A DNA stretch of 42,760 bases, taken from NCBI GenBank assembly GCA_913055945.1, contig CAJXKU010000001.1, forward strand, positions 1 to 42,760, read 5' to 3'. This document shows, one piece after another, positions 1 to 8,577 of the stretch. The notes beneath the pieces were generated by a model. It did no database searches. It saw only the letters and a list, made by a program, of their open reading frames with translations, and had not been told where the DNA came from. The DNA is from an uncultured Lentisphaerota bacterium (GTDB lineage: Bacteria; Verrucomicrobiota; Lentisphaeria; Oligosphaerales; CAJXKU01). Position 1 is the first letter of the stretch. Each line of letters begins with the position of its first letter. A program made the position numbers and the translations under genes.

Positions 1-173
1 CGGCCGCGCCGTCGACGGCGGACCCTCGATCGCTTCTTTATAAGTGGCCGCCACTCTTTCAACGAACGACCCCGTCAGAGCGCCTTCCGGTGATTAAACC
101 GAGTTAAATCGGGCGTAATTCGGCTGAACGGCTTGCGTCATTAAAGTGGGTCGGGCGCCGAGGGGAAGTCGCT

Positions 174-476
174 ATGAACGCGATCCGAACGACGCTGCTC
201 GTGGCGCTGGCCACGGTGGTACTGATCGGGACCGGCGCGGCCGCCGGCGCCGTCGCGGCGACGCCCGGGCCGGGCGACGCGCCCGGCGACGCGGGGCCGC
301 CGAGCGACCTCCCGGACCAAGTGCCGGACTTCGTCGGCGGGGTCCTCGATAGCGTGAACGAGTTCCTCGGCGGCGGCGTCGACGACCTCGGTGAGACCGT
401 GAGCGAGGTCGCCGGGAACGGCGCCGGCGATGGCGAGGATGACGGGTCCGACGCGAGCGACGGGGAGGAGGCGTAA
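174..476 (+). CDS. Small secreted, extremely acidic protein (haloarchaeal-type composition)
   Basis: ATG-to-TAA ORF of 100 aa. It has a hydrophobic N-terminal signal (MNAIRTTLLVALATVVLIGTGAAAGAVAA) followed by a D/E/G-rich mature part. GC3 is almost saturated, and local GC is about 72% (43/60 at 181-240, 44/60 at 421-480). No family recognised. Confidence 0.45.
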   Translation: MNAIRTTLLVALATVVLIGTGAAAGAVAATPGPGDAPGDAGPPSDLPDQVPDFVGGVLDSVNEFLGGGVDDLGETVSEVAGNGAGDGEDDGSDASDGEEA

Positions 477-477
477 C

Positions 478-1158
478 GTGACGGACCGGACGCCGGACTC
501 GGACGCGTCCGCCCTCGACGCTCTCGACCGCCGGACGTACCTGCAGGCGATCGGTACGGCTGTTGTGGGAAGCGCCGTTATTCTGCTGGGAAGCCTCCAC
601 GTCTACCTCGTGCATCGTATTCACGAGCTGAACCTGAACAAGATCAACGAACTGATGACCAGGGATGAACTTACCCGTTTGTTCAATCTGCGCGCAGGTC
701 AGGAAGCTCTGCAGAGGGAGATGGAACGTGCAGAGAGGTATCAGGAAGCGTTCGCCGTGCTATCCATAGACTTGGATAATTTTAAGACCGTGAACGATAC
801 CCTCGGTCATAGCGCAGGCGATGACCTTCTTGTTAAGGTTGCAGACACGTTGAAGGCGTCCAGCCGTAGAACGGACATTCCCGTCAGGGTTGGCGGAGAT
901 GAATTTTTGATGATTCTTCCGAACACCGGTATCGGCGGGGCTGTTGTACTCGCTTCGCGGCTCATTGAGCACATCCGGAAGCTATCTGTGCAGGAGGGGG
1001 AAGAGGTTGAAAATCAGATTCCGATCAGCGCCAGCATAGGAACTGCAGCGTTCCCTGATCATGGCACAGACGGGGAGAAACTGTTACAGAAAGTGGACAA
1101 AGCACTTTACAAGGCAAAGAACAACGGGGGAAGCCAATACAGCTTACCGCAGGAATAA
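478..1158 (+). CDS. GGDEF-domain diguanylate cyclase; the N-terminal ~40 codons have different (high-GC, Tat-signal-like) character, so this is a probable chimeric ORF
   Basis: The C-terminal 170 aa form a canonical GGDEF domain (LSIDLDNFKTVNDTLGHSAGDDLL ... RVGGDEFLMIL ... KALYKAKNNG). It has an RxxD I-site (RRTD) exactly 5 residues upstream of GGDEF. The N-terminus (VTDRTPDSDASALDALDRRTYLQAIGTAVVGSA) resembles a haloarchaeal Tat signal. A GTG at 478 follows the TAA of the preceding ORF, and an in-frame ATG at 430 is the alternative start. GC drops from about 72% to about 50% across roughly 550-615. Confidence 0.7.
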   Translation: MTDRTPDSDASALDALDRRTYLQAIGTAVVGSAVILLGSLHVYLVHRIHELNLNKINELMTRDELTRLFNLRAGQEALQREMERAERYQEAFAVLSIDLDNFKTVNDTLGHSAGDDLLVKVADTLKASSRRTDIPVRVGGDEFLMILPNTGIGGAVVLASRLIEHIRKLSVQEGEEVENQIPISASIGTAAFPDHGTDGEKLLQKVDKALYKAKNNGGSQYSLPQE

Positions 1159-1350
1159 GCGAACCTTTAAGCAGGAAACCGGCCCGCTGTCAGGACTGAA
1201 TCCGATTGGCCCGAGTCTGTGTTTCTGTTCTTCATCCCGGACAATAAAAACAAGAGACGAAAGCCGGAGAGCATAATACCCGGTCTTTTTAGTTAAAATG
1301 CGTACACCTCCGTGCGCCCGTAATGCCAGGCGACGCAGGGAGATTTTACG

Positions 1351-1370
1351 GGTGTACCCATATGTACACC
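1351..1370. promoter_or_regulatory. Inverted repeat upstream of the sigma54 response-regulator gene
   Basis: GGTGTAC (1351-1357), spacer ccatat, GTACACC (1364-1370). A third GTACACC half-site lies near 1301-1307. The repeat is about 100 nt upstream of ATG 1467. Confidence 0.3.
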
Positions 1371-1466
1371 ACGGAATTGTTATCTGTGCAGTGTCCGTTA
1401 TGTTAAAACAAGAACAGGGATACTGGGAATCGCTCCTACAGACGAGAAGTAAGTGGAGTTGCACTA

Positions 1467-2819
1467 ATGCGCGTTCTGATTGTCGAAGATGAAAAGACGT
1501 ACGCTCAAATGCTTAAGCGCCTTCTTGAGAAAGAAGGCTACGAAGATGTGGCTTTGGCCCAAAGCGGAGAGGAAGCACTTGAAAAGCTGGCGCAGGGGCC
1601 ATTTGACGTATTGGTTTCCGATATCTGCCTTCCCGGTATGAGTGGGCTCGACTTGGTGCCTCGGGCTCGAAAGAAAATTGCCGGACTGGATGTCATACTG
1701 ATGACCGCCTTCGCTGATATAGCTTCAGCCCGTGAGGCCCTGCGACAAGGGGCCCTCGATTATCTGGAAAAGCCCTTCGACAACAAGGATATCCTTTCGC
1801 TTCTTTCCAAGGTGCAAGCCCGAAGACAGGCTCGGGGCAATCGTTCCGGCACCGACACAGAGACATTTGACGGAATGATCACAAGCAGTTCAGTGATGCA
1901 CGAGATTTTTAGAAAAATTGACAAAGCCGCTCGATCCCAAGTACCTGTGCTGATATGTGGTGAAAGCGGTACCGGTAAAGAACTGGCCGCTCGAGCGGTG
2001 CATCAACAGAGCGACCGTTCGGAAGGGCCGTTCGTCGTCATCCACTCTCCGGCCTTACCGGATACACTGCTGGAAAGCGAATTGTTCGGGCACGAAAAAG
2101 GAGCTTTTACCGGTGCTGATACACAGAAAACGGGAAAATTCGAAGTGGCGAATGGGGGCACACTTTTTTTCGACGAAATCGGGGAAATGCCGTTAAGGCT
2201 CCAGCCTAAGCTCTTACGTTTTCTGCAGAATTACGAATTCAACCGGGTCGGGGGATCACAGTCCAAGAGTGTGGACGTTCGTGTCATAGCAGCCACGAAC
2301 CGCGATCTGGACGATGAGCTTCGGGCAGGCAACTTCCGGGAGGATCTGTTTTACAGACTGGACGTTGTGCGTATTACTATTCCGCCTCTTCGGGAACGCC
2401 CCGAAGATATTGAACCGTTGGCCAAACACTTCATCCGCCAGCAGGGATACCCCGAAACGATCCTTGCCCCTGATGCGCTGCGGATTCTGCAGGAACACCA
2501 GTGGCCGGGCAATGTGCGCGAATTGATCAATGTCATTGAAAGTGCGGTCATCGAAACTGAAGGAGAAAATATTACTGCGGAGACCCTGTCAAGCAAAATA
2601 AGTTCCGCCGCAGCGCAAAAAAGAAACGGCTCTCCTGCTCCGCAAGCTGTCGAAGACGAAACATCGACGCTGGACTTGCAGGATAACGAAGCGCGTCTGA
2701 TCCAAAAGGCCCTGAAGCAGAGTGAAGGAAACAAATCCAAAGCAGCAGAACTTCTGGGTATAACAAGGCGCCGGCTTTACTCCCGTATGGACCGGTTGGG
2801 CCTGACTTCTAAGGACTAG
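1467..2819 (+). CDS. Sigma-54-dependent response regulator (NtrC family: REC + AAA+ + Fis-type HTH)
   Basis: Receiver domain (MRVLIVEDE ... DVLVSDICLPGMSG ... KPF). AAA+ Walker A GESGTGKE, the sigma54-contact loop GAFTGA (EKGAFTGAD), Walker B LFFDEIGE and FREDLFYRL. C-terminal HTH (KSKAAELLGITRRRLYSRM). No histidine kinase gene is adjacent. Confidence 0.9.
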   Translation: MRVLIVEDEKTYAQMLKRLLEKEGYEDVALAQSGEEALEKLAQGPFDVLVSDICLPGMSGLDLVPRARKKIAGLDVILMTAFADIASAREALRQGALDYLEKPFDNKDILSLLSKVQARRQARGNRSGTDTETFDGMITSSSVMHEIFRKIDKAARSQVPVLICGESGTGKELAARAVHQQSDRSEGPFVVIHSPALPDTLLESELFGHEKGAFTGADTQKTGKFEVANGGTLFFDEIGEMPLRLQPKLLRFLQNYEFNRVGGSQSKSVDVRVIAATNRDLDDELRAGNFREDLFYRLDVVRITIPPLRERPEDIEPLAKHFIRQQGYPETILAPDALRILQEHQWPGNVRELINVIESAVIETEGENITAETLSSKISSAAAQKRNGSPAPQAVEDETSTLDLQDNEARLIQKALKQSEGNKSKAAELLGITRRRLYSRMDRLGLTSKD

Positions 2820-3112
2820 CCGTTAATGTGCAACGGTCGATGCGCGAAGTTCCGTGCCGCGTTTGAGAACTGAACGACTCACCATTCATAATTGATGTAA
2901 ACAGATGTCAACGTCGATGTCGGACGTAACCCTGGAGTTGTTCTCCAGCGACGGTGTTGTCCAGCAAGCTGCGATACAAAAGAGGGGGCTTAAAAGTTGA
3001 AAATCGGCGGAGGGCCACTATATTACTATAGCGGATAGAACGGTAGCTTTGACCCCACATAATTGAGCTCCCCATACAAAAGTTGGAACCGTAAACGAAA
3101 TTGGAGGAAAAC

Positions 3113-4330
3113 ATGGCAAATCAAGCACGTCTCTATAACATTGTTCCGTTGCTGCGGGCGGCTGAGCAGAGTTCCCAGGAAGGACATCATGCCGCTGTTG
3201 GTGCGTACAACATAAATTTCTATGCCCAGGCCGAAGGTGTCGTGGAAGGCCTGAAGCGCACCGATTCTCCCGGGATTATTCAGGCCAGCAAGGGGGCGAA
3301 TAAGTTCCAGGGCGGACCGGATAAGCTCCAGTATATGCTTTTTAAAGCGGCTACGGATCTGGGCTATGATGTCCCTATGGCCCTGCACCTTGACCATGGC
3401 AATGAAAAGGCGGCCAAGGAGTGCATCGAAAAAGGCTACAGCTCAGTTATGATCGACGGATCCGGAGATCATATCACCGAAAACTTCGGCTTGACCGAGA
3501 AAATCACCGCGCTGGCTCATGAAAAAGGGTTGAGCACGGAAGGCGAACTCGGGCAACTTGCGGGTGTTGAAGAAGACGTCGAACACGAGTTCAGTAAATA
3601 CGCCGATCCGGTAGTTGTCCCCGCCTTTTTCCGTCTCACCGGCGTTGATGCATTGGCCGTAGCGTACGGTACCTCTCACGGTCCCACAAAAGGCCGGACA
3701 GATCTGGTCAACCTGAATATCGTTGCCGATTCTTATGCCCGCCTGCGTAATGATAATCTGAATGAGGATCACTTCCTGGTGGGCCACGGTTCCTCTACAG
3801 TACCGTCGAAGTACGTTGCTTTGATCAACGAATATGGCGGCAACCTTAGCGATACAAGCGGTGTACCGGAAGCGATCCTGAAACAGGGGAGATACGTCGG
3901 ACTTCGCAAGTTTAATATCGATACCGATCTGCGGCTTGCTATGACGGGGTACGTACGCAAATGGGTCCACGAAAACGCAGATGCAGCTGAATCCTCCGAA
4001 TTGGTAAGCAAAATCAAGGGCACGCTGGACGGTAAGCTGCCGGCATACGATAAAAACGGCGAACAGGTAAAGCCTGAGGAAATCACCGACCCCAGAAGTT
4101 GGCTTACGCCGATTGTGGAGTCGAACCCGGATGCTTTGCGGGAACATTACAAAGATACGGGTGACGAAGCATTCATCGAACTGATGGGGGTCGTTAAAGA
4201 AACCGTGGCCGAACACGTGGCGTATCTGAATGACGCCGTATTCAACAATAAAGGACTTGCAGAGAAAGTAGAGGGGCAACCGTTTGCAACTATAGGTAAA
4301 GAGGATGTTGCCTCTTTACTGAAAAGCTGA
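3113..4330 (+). CDS. fba: Class II fructose-1,6-bisphosphate aldolase
   Basis: Class II ketose-bisphosphate aldolase pattern: AVGAYNINF ... IIQASKGA ... PMALHLDHG ... SVMIDGS ... EGELG ... AVAYGTSHG ... GHGSS. The ATG at 3113 is preceded by GGAGGA. The ORF track starts at an upstream TTG (3101). Confidence 0.85.
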   Translation: MANQARLYNIVPLLRAAEQSSQEGHHAAVGAYNINFYAQAEGVVEGLKRTDSPGIIQASKGANKFQGGPDKLQYMLFKAATDLGYDVPMALHLDHGNEKAAKECIEKGYSSVMIDGSGDHITENFGLTEKITALAHEKGLSTEGELGQLAGVEEDVEHEFSKYADPVVVPAFFRLTGVDALAVAYGTSHGPTKGRTDLVNLNIVADSYARLRNDNLNEDHFLVGHGSSTVPSKYVALINEYGGNLSDTSGVPEAILKQGRYVGLRKFNIDTDLRLAMTGYVRKWVHENADAAESSELVSKIKGTLDGKLPAYDKNGEQVKPEEITDPRSWLTPIVESNPDALREHYKDTGDEAFIELMGVVKETVAEHVAYLNDAVFNNKGLAEKVEGQPFATIGKEDVASLLKS

Positions 4331-4390
4331 TCAGCCGCACAGACCGGCCTGAAAAGGCTTTGCTCACATAAGCCTCTTTCTCAGCTGAAC

Positions 4391-4443
4391 AAAAGGTTGG
4401 AGCGGTTACCATCTGTCTGAAAGAGCCGTTCCAACCTTTTTTT
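4391..4443 (+). terminator. Rho-independent terminator downstream of fba
   Basis: The arm AAAAGGTTGGAGCGG (4391-4405) pairs with CCGTTCCAACCTTTT (4426-4440), giving 15 bp with one G-U. The loop is 20 nt and the stem runs into a 7-T tract (4437-4443). The A-tract/T-tract symmetry could make it bidirectional. Confidence 0.6.
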
Positions 4444-4795
4444 ACGTCCGTGCACATATCGTGCACGTATAGGGAATATATGCTTCGATTACAGACATTG
4501 GACAAACGAGTAAACGTGGTATCGTATGGGTGAGCGTATGAGAGAGAAAGCGAGCCAAGAGAGTTGATGCTTCCGAGGTGCTCGTGGAGAAAAGAATGTT
4601 CAAAAGGCGGGGTGTCGATCGCCTAAGGGAACAAGTGAACGCAACAAGCGTGGAGCATGGGTTCCGTAGGATTCTTTTTTTTAAGCTCTTTATTGCAGGA
4701 TTGGCCCGTTGTGGGATGGATGGCTCCACCGAATGAGGCTATGGTAAGGGTAGTGTCGAGGTAACACTCAGGGTAAAGACAAAGGAGCTTTACTG

Positions 4796-7516
4796 TTGCG
4801 GTTTCAGTGTCCACATTGCGGCGGTATAAACGAGGTAGATGACTCGTCAGCAGGTAAGGCGGTGAACTGCACAAGCTGCAGTACGGCGGCCGCCGTACCC
4901 CCGCATCATCTTGCTCCCGGAGCCGTGGTTAACGATTTTGTAATTAAAGAGAAAATCGGTAGCGGCGGCAGCAACACGACTGTATATCAGGCCCACCAGA
5001 TTTCCCTTGATCGACCCGTAGCGTTAAAAATCGTCCATGAGGCCGAAGAGCAGGACGAGAGCGTACGTAACGAACTGTTGCGCGAAGGACGTGCTGCGGC
5101 GCGTTTGACCCACTCCTCGATTGTACAGGCATATGCGGCCGGAGAAGAAGGCGGCGTATACTATTTTGCCATGGAATACGTAGAAGGGACCACCCTTCAC
5201 GAGATTCTTACGCAGACCGGACGCATGGTCGTGGACCAGGCTTTGACCATCATTGCCCAGATTGCTGAAGCGCTGGCGCACGCCTGGGAAAAAGAGCAGC
5301 TTGTGCACAATGACATTAAACCCAGCAACATTATCCTGTCAAAAAGGGGGGAGAAAAAACTTGCCGACCTTGGGCTGGCTCACCGGCCTGCCGAATCAGC
5401 TGAACAGGATGAGACGGTCTCGGGTACTCCCCAGTATATTGCCCCTGAACACCTTCAGGGAAAAGGCATCGACTGCCGCGCGGATATTTACAGCCTTGGC
5501 GGCACGCTATACTGCGCGCTCACCGGCACGCCGCCGTACGTGGGAAAAAATGCTTTAGAAACAGCGAAAAAACATTTGACTACACGTCTGACCCCTCCGG
5601 AGAAAATTGTGTCAGAAATCTCGGCCAATGTTTCCCACCTTGTCCAATGCATGCTCACCAAACGTCCGGAACATCGTTACAGCTCCTACCGGGAACTGCT
5701 GCAGGATATGAAACGGGTTCAGCGCGGAAAAGCCCCCACGAAGGAACTGCCCGAAGATGCTCAGAAACCGTTGTTATTCGAAGATGGCGAAGAGCAAACC
5801 GGCGAAGGGAAAGAGGGCAGTGAGAAGAAAAAACGGGAAACTCGATCACAGAAAAAAGAAGACAGTGAACGGGGAACGGAAAGTAAGGGGAGTGCCGGAG
5901 GAAAGCGGCTGAAAACACATTCCGGACGTTCAAAGAAAACACTGTCGCATAAAGGTAAAAGTTCCCGGTCAGATTCCGGCAGTGAAGGTGATGCCCGGGC
6001 GGCCTCAACCAGAAGCGGCAGTGGTCGGTCAGGGCGAACGCGGCCGAACACTGCGCAGTCTAAGGCAGAAGGGGATCAGAACAACCAAACAGGAACTCAG
6101 GAGCAAAAAGCGTCTGCCGGAAAAAAGAAAGCTGCAGTGGGCGTACTTTGCCTGCTGGCCCTGCTTGTTGCAGGAGGCGTAAGCGTTGTTTTGATTTCCG
6201 GCGGTGAGTCTTCCTCCTCGGACGGAAAAAACGGGCAAAACCAGGCATCCCAGGGAGAATCGGAGAATTCAGCTGATTCCGGCGGGACTGGTGAAAATGA
6301 AAAACGAAAGAACACTCTCCTCGAGTTAAAAAAGATGGTGAAGTCTAATGCGGACGCTTCAGAAATTCTGCAAACAGCCGAGACCGCAATTGCTCAGGCC
6401 CAGGGCGAGACAGTCTTCATTACAAAAGTACGCAAAATTATAAGGAAAGTTCTTGAGAAAAAGGTTCGGCAGGAACGACAGGTCCACCATCAGAAACAAA
6501 TGCAGAACTGGGAAGAACGTGCACAGAAGCTGAGAAGGCAACACCTCAAAGAGACCGCTGAAGAAAGGCGTGCAGCAGTTGAACGTCTGCGCAATGCGGC
6601 CAAAGGTGTAAACGCACAAGAGTGGGCCGAATCGTACTGGGAACGGGCTACGCGGTTGCAGAAAAAAGCCAGGCAGGCTTTTGAAGAGGAAAATTTTGAG
6701 AAAGCCGGCGCGCGGTGGCAAAGCGCAAAAGAAGCTTTACAGGAAGCTATACAGGCCGGCCGAGAAAAGCAGGAAGAAAAACAAAACCTGAAACAGCGAT
6801 ATGACAAATTGCGGGAAAAGGCCCTAAACCTTTGTCGAAAGAACAAATACTTGAAGGCGAAGGAGCTCTTTATTCCTTTAAAAACGAGTGATTTTCCGGA
6901 ATGTCAAGCCTGGGCGGAGCAGAAGATGAAGACGATAGATGTTGCCAAGGAAGTTTTCTCCAGCGTGGCCGGCACAGATAACAAACTGAAAGGCAAAGAC
7001 TTCACTGGTAGAGACGACAATTGGAAAGTGGATTACATAGGTTCCTCGAAGATCGGACTTCGTCTCATCGAGACAAGTTACAAAAATGGAGAATGGAAGA
7101 AGGAAACAACGAGGAAGACAAAGCTTCCCTTGAAAGATGTCTCTGCTTCGGCAATGTTGGATCTTTACAAGATGTTGAAGCTGGGCAGCAAAGACAAAAA
7201 GCTTACATCAGAGTTGAAATATAAGTTTGGCGCTTATTTACTTGCCAGGGGAAAAAATAAAAGCGCTCTGGATATGGCGAAAAACTTTTTAGCGGCATAC
7301 GGAAAGCCGCCCTCGTCAAAAATGCTGAAGGAGTTGGAAAAGGTCCGGGTACTGGTCGTTGAACGGAGCTGGACGAAAAGACTTGACAGGCTGAAGCTGT
7401 GGGTCAATCAGGGTCGGATGGAAAAAGCGAAAAGGTTTGTTGAGTACCTAAAGCAGAAATACCCGGATAAATATGCTGAAAGTAAAGAAGAAATTCGCCG
7501 GATACTGCGAGAGTAA
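4796..7516 (+). CDS. Membrane-anchored Ser/Thr protein kinase with an N-terminal C4 zinc ribbon and a coiled-coil extracytoplasmic C-terminal region
   Basis: TTG start 8 nt after AGGAG. Zinc ribbon CPHC-x17-CTSC (aa 5-28). Hanks kinase motifs are intact: IGSGGSNTTVY, VALKIV, HNDIKPSN, DLG, GTPQYIAPE. A long K/S/G/E-rich disordered linker is followed by one TM helix (AAVGVLCLLALLVAGGVSVVLI, about 6131-6203) and then about 430 aa rich in heptad-like K/E/R/Q sequence. Confidence 0.85.
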   Translation: MRFQCPHCGGINEVDDSSAGKAVNCTSCSTAAAVPPHHLAPGAVVNDFVIKEKIGSGGSNTTVYQAHQISLDRPVALKIVHEAEEQDESVRNELLREGRAAARLTHSSIVQAYAAGEEGGVYYFAMEYVEGTTLHEILTQTGRMVVDQALTIIAQIAEALAHAWEKEQLVHNDIKPSNIILSKRGEKKLADLGLAHRPAESAEQDETVSGTPQYIAPEHLQGKGIDCRADIYSLGGTLYCALTGTPPYVGKNALETAKKHLTTRLTPPEKIVSEISANVSHLVQCMLTKRPEHRYSSYRELLQDMKRVQRGKAPTKELPEDAQKPLLFEDGEEQTGEGKEGSEKKKRETRSQKKEDSERGTESKGSAGGKRLKTHSGRSKKTLSHKGKSSRSDSGSEGDARAASTRSGSGRSGRTRPNTAQSKAEGDQNNQTGTQEQKASAGKKKAAVGVLCLLALLVAGGVSVVLISGGESSSSDGKNGQNQASQGESENSADSGGTGENEKRKNTLLELKKMVKSNADASEILQTAETAIAQAQGETVFITKVRKIIRKVLEKKVRQERQVHHQKQMQNWEERAQKLRRQHLKETAEERRAAVERLRNAAKGVNAQEWAESYWERATRLQKKARQAFEEENFEKAGARWQSAKEALQEAIQAGREKQEEKQNLKQRYDKLREKALNLCRKNKYLKAKELFIPLKTSDFPECQAWAEQKMKTIDVAKEVFSSVAGTDNKLKGKDFTGRDDNWKVDYIGSSKIGLRLIETSYKNGEWKKETTRKTKLPLKDVSASAMLDLYKMLKLGSKDKKLTSELKYKFGAYLLARGKNKSALDMAKNFLAAYGKPPSSKMLKELEKVRVLVVERSWTKRLDRLKLWVNQGRMEKAKRFVEYLKQKYPDKYAESKEEIRRILRE

Positions 7517-8400
7517 TGCGCATTGTTCATTTTTCAGATACCCACGTGTTTCGCGCCCCCCGGGATGTCAGGGCGTTTCTGGACAAACGTCTCTTAGGCG
7601 TAATAAATTTCAGCCTCCGCCGGCAATCCCGAATTGATTACAATCTTTTCGATCGGGCTGTCTCAACAATAAAATCCTTGGCACCGGATGTAGTTGTGTG
7701 CACCGGCGATCTTACGGCTGTGGGAACGCCTCAGGAATTCGCCGACGTTCTGGATGTATTGGCTCCTCTCCGCAACAACCCGGCATTTGACTTCATCTTT
7801 GTGCCGGGAAACCACGATGCCTACGTGCCGCGCAAACGGTGTAAGGAGAGCCTTCGGGAAACGTTTTACGAACTCAACAGTGGTCGATGGAAGCTTGATG
7901 ATCTTCCGGTTACCTTGGAGAAGGACAACCTTCGGTTTTTCGTCGTGAATCAGGCACAACCCACGAATCTGTTTTCTTCTGCCGGTATTACCTCTGATGC
8001 TGAGCTGGAACAACTCCGAACGGAGCTTAATGCTCCTCGTAAAACCGGGGAGAAACGTCTGATGATATCCCACTACCCGACGCTTAACGGTGAGGGACAC
8101 CGGCTTCCTTGGCCCCGCCGCCACACCAAAGACCGGCAATTCATGAAAATTCTGGATGATGGACAGATTGATATTCTGCTCAGTGGCCACGTTCACACGC
8201 CGTTTAAACACGTGCAACCTAACAGTACACTCCAGATTTCTGCAGGTGCATTGACGATATACGGACAGATCAATGTCCTTGAATACAGTCCCCAGACAGG
8301 AACATTCCGGCAGTACTGGAAGGATATTAAAAAGCCTCAGACGCCTCGCCCTGACGCGATGGAATCACAGACTCTTCTGCAGGCAAAGGCCCGGGAGTGA
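7516..8400 (+). CDS. Calcineurin-like metallophosphoesterase
   Basis: Ordered metallophosphoesterase motifs: HFSDTHV, CTGDLT, VPGNHDA, ISHYP, SGHVHTP. The start ATG shares one base with the kinase stop (TAATG at 7514-7518), which suggests translational coupling. Confidence 0.85.
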   Translation: MRIVHFSDTHVFRAPRDVRAFLDKRLLGVINFSLRRQSRIDYNLFDRAVSTIKSLAPDVVVCTGDLTAVGTPQEFADVLDVLAPLRNNPAFDFIFVPGNHDAYVPRKRCKESLRETFYELNSGRWKLDDLPVTLEKDNLRFFVVNQAQPTNLFSSAGITSDAELEQLRTELNAPRKTGEKRLMISHYPTLNGEGHRLPWPRRHTKDRQFMKILDDGQIDILLSGHVHTPFKHVQPNSTLQISAGALTIYGQINVLEYSPQTGTFRQYWKDIKKPQTPRPDAMESQTLLQAKARE

Positions 8401-8577
8401 AGGGTGCTCGAACCTCGGACGGGCACATTTATGTAGGGGCAACGGGATGTCACCGCCGGCAAAACAGTTGGTCGTGAGCAAGCTGAGTAGCACCTGTTAT
8501 TTTACTACACTAGTGATAGGGATCAGGATATTTCAACTGTATGAAATCACCTTGTTAATGGACAAAGGGGACTGTGT

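Noticed and set aside
146-624. Arg-rich ORFs (146-352 plus, 172-624 minus) in the first 600 bp
   Set aside because: These are typical spurious frames of ~72% GC DNA (poly-R/P/G translations). The 174-476 frame has a proper signal peptide and a coherent acidic composition.
3443-4279. 278-aa minus-strand ORF
   Set aside because: It is antisense to the well-supported class II aldolase gene and has no recognisable motifs.
8513-8520. 8-bp palindrome CACTAGTG about 60 nt upstream of the methyltransferase, considered as a restriction-modification operator or recognition site
   Set aside because: It is a single short palindrome with no C-protein gene present and no second copy seen. There is no way to link it to specificity from the sequence alone.
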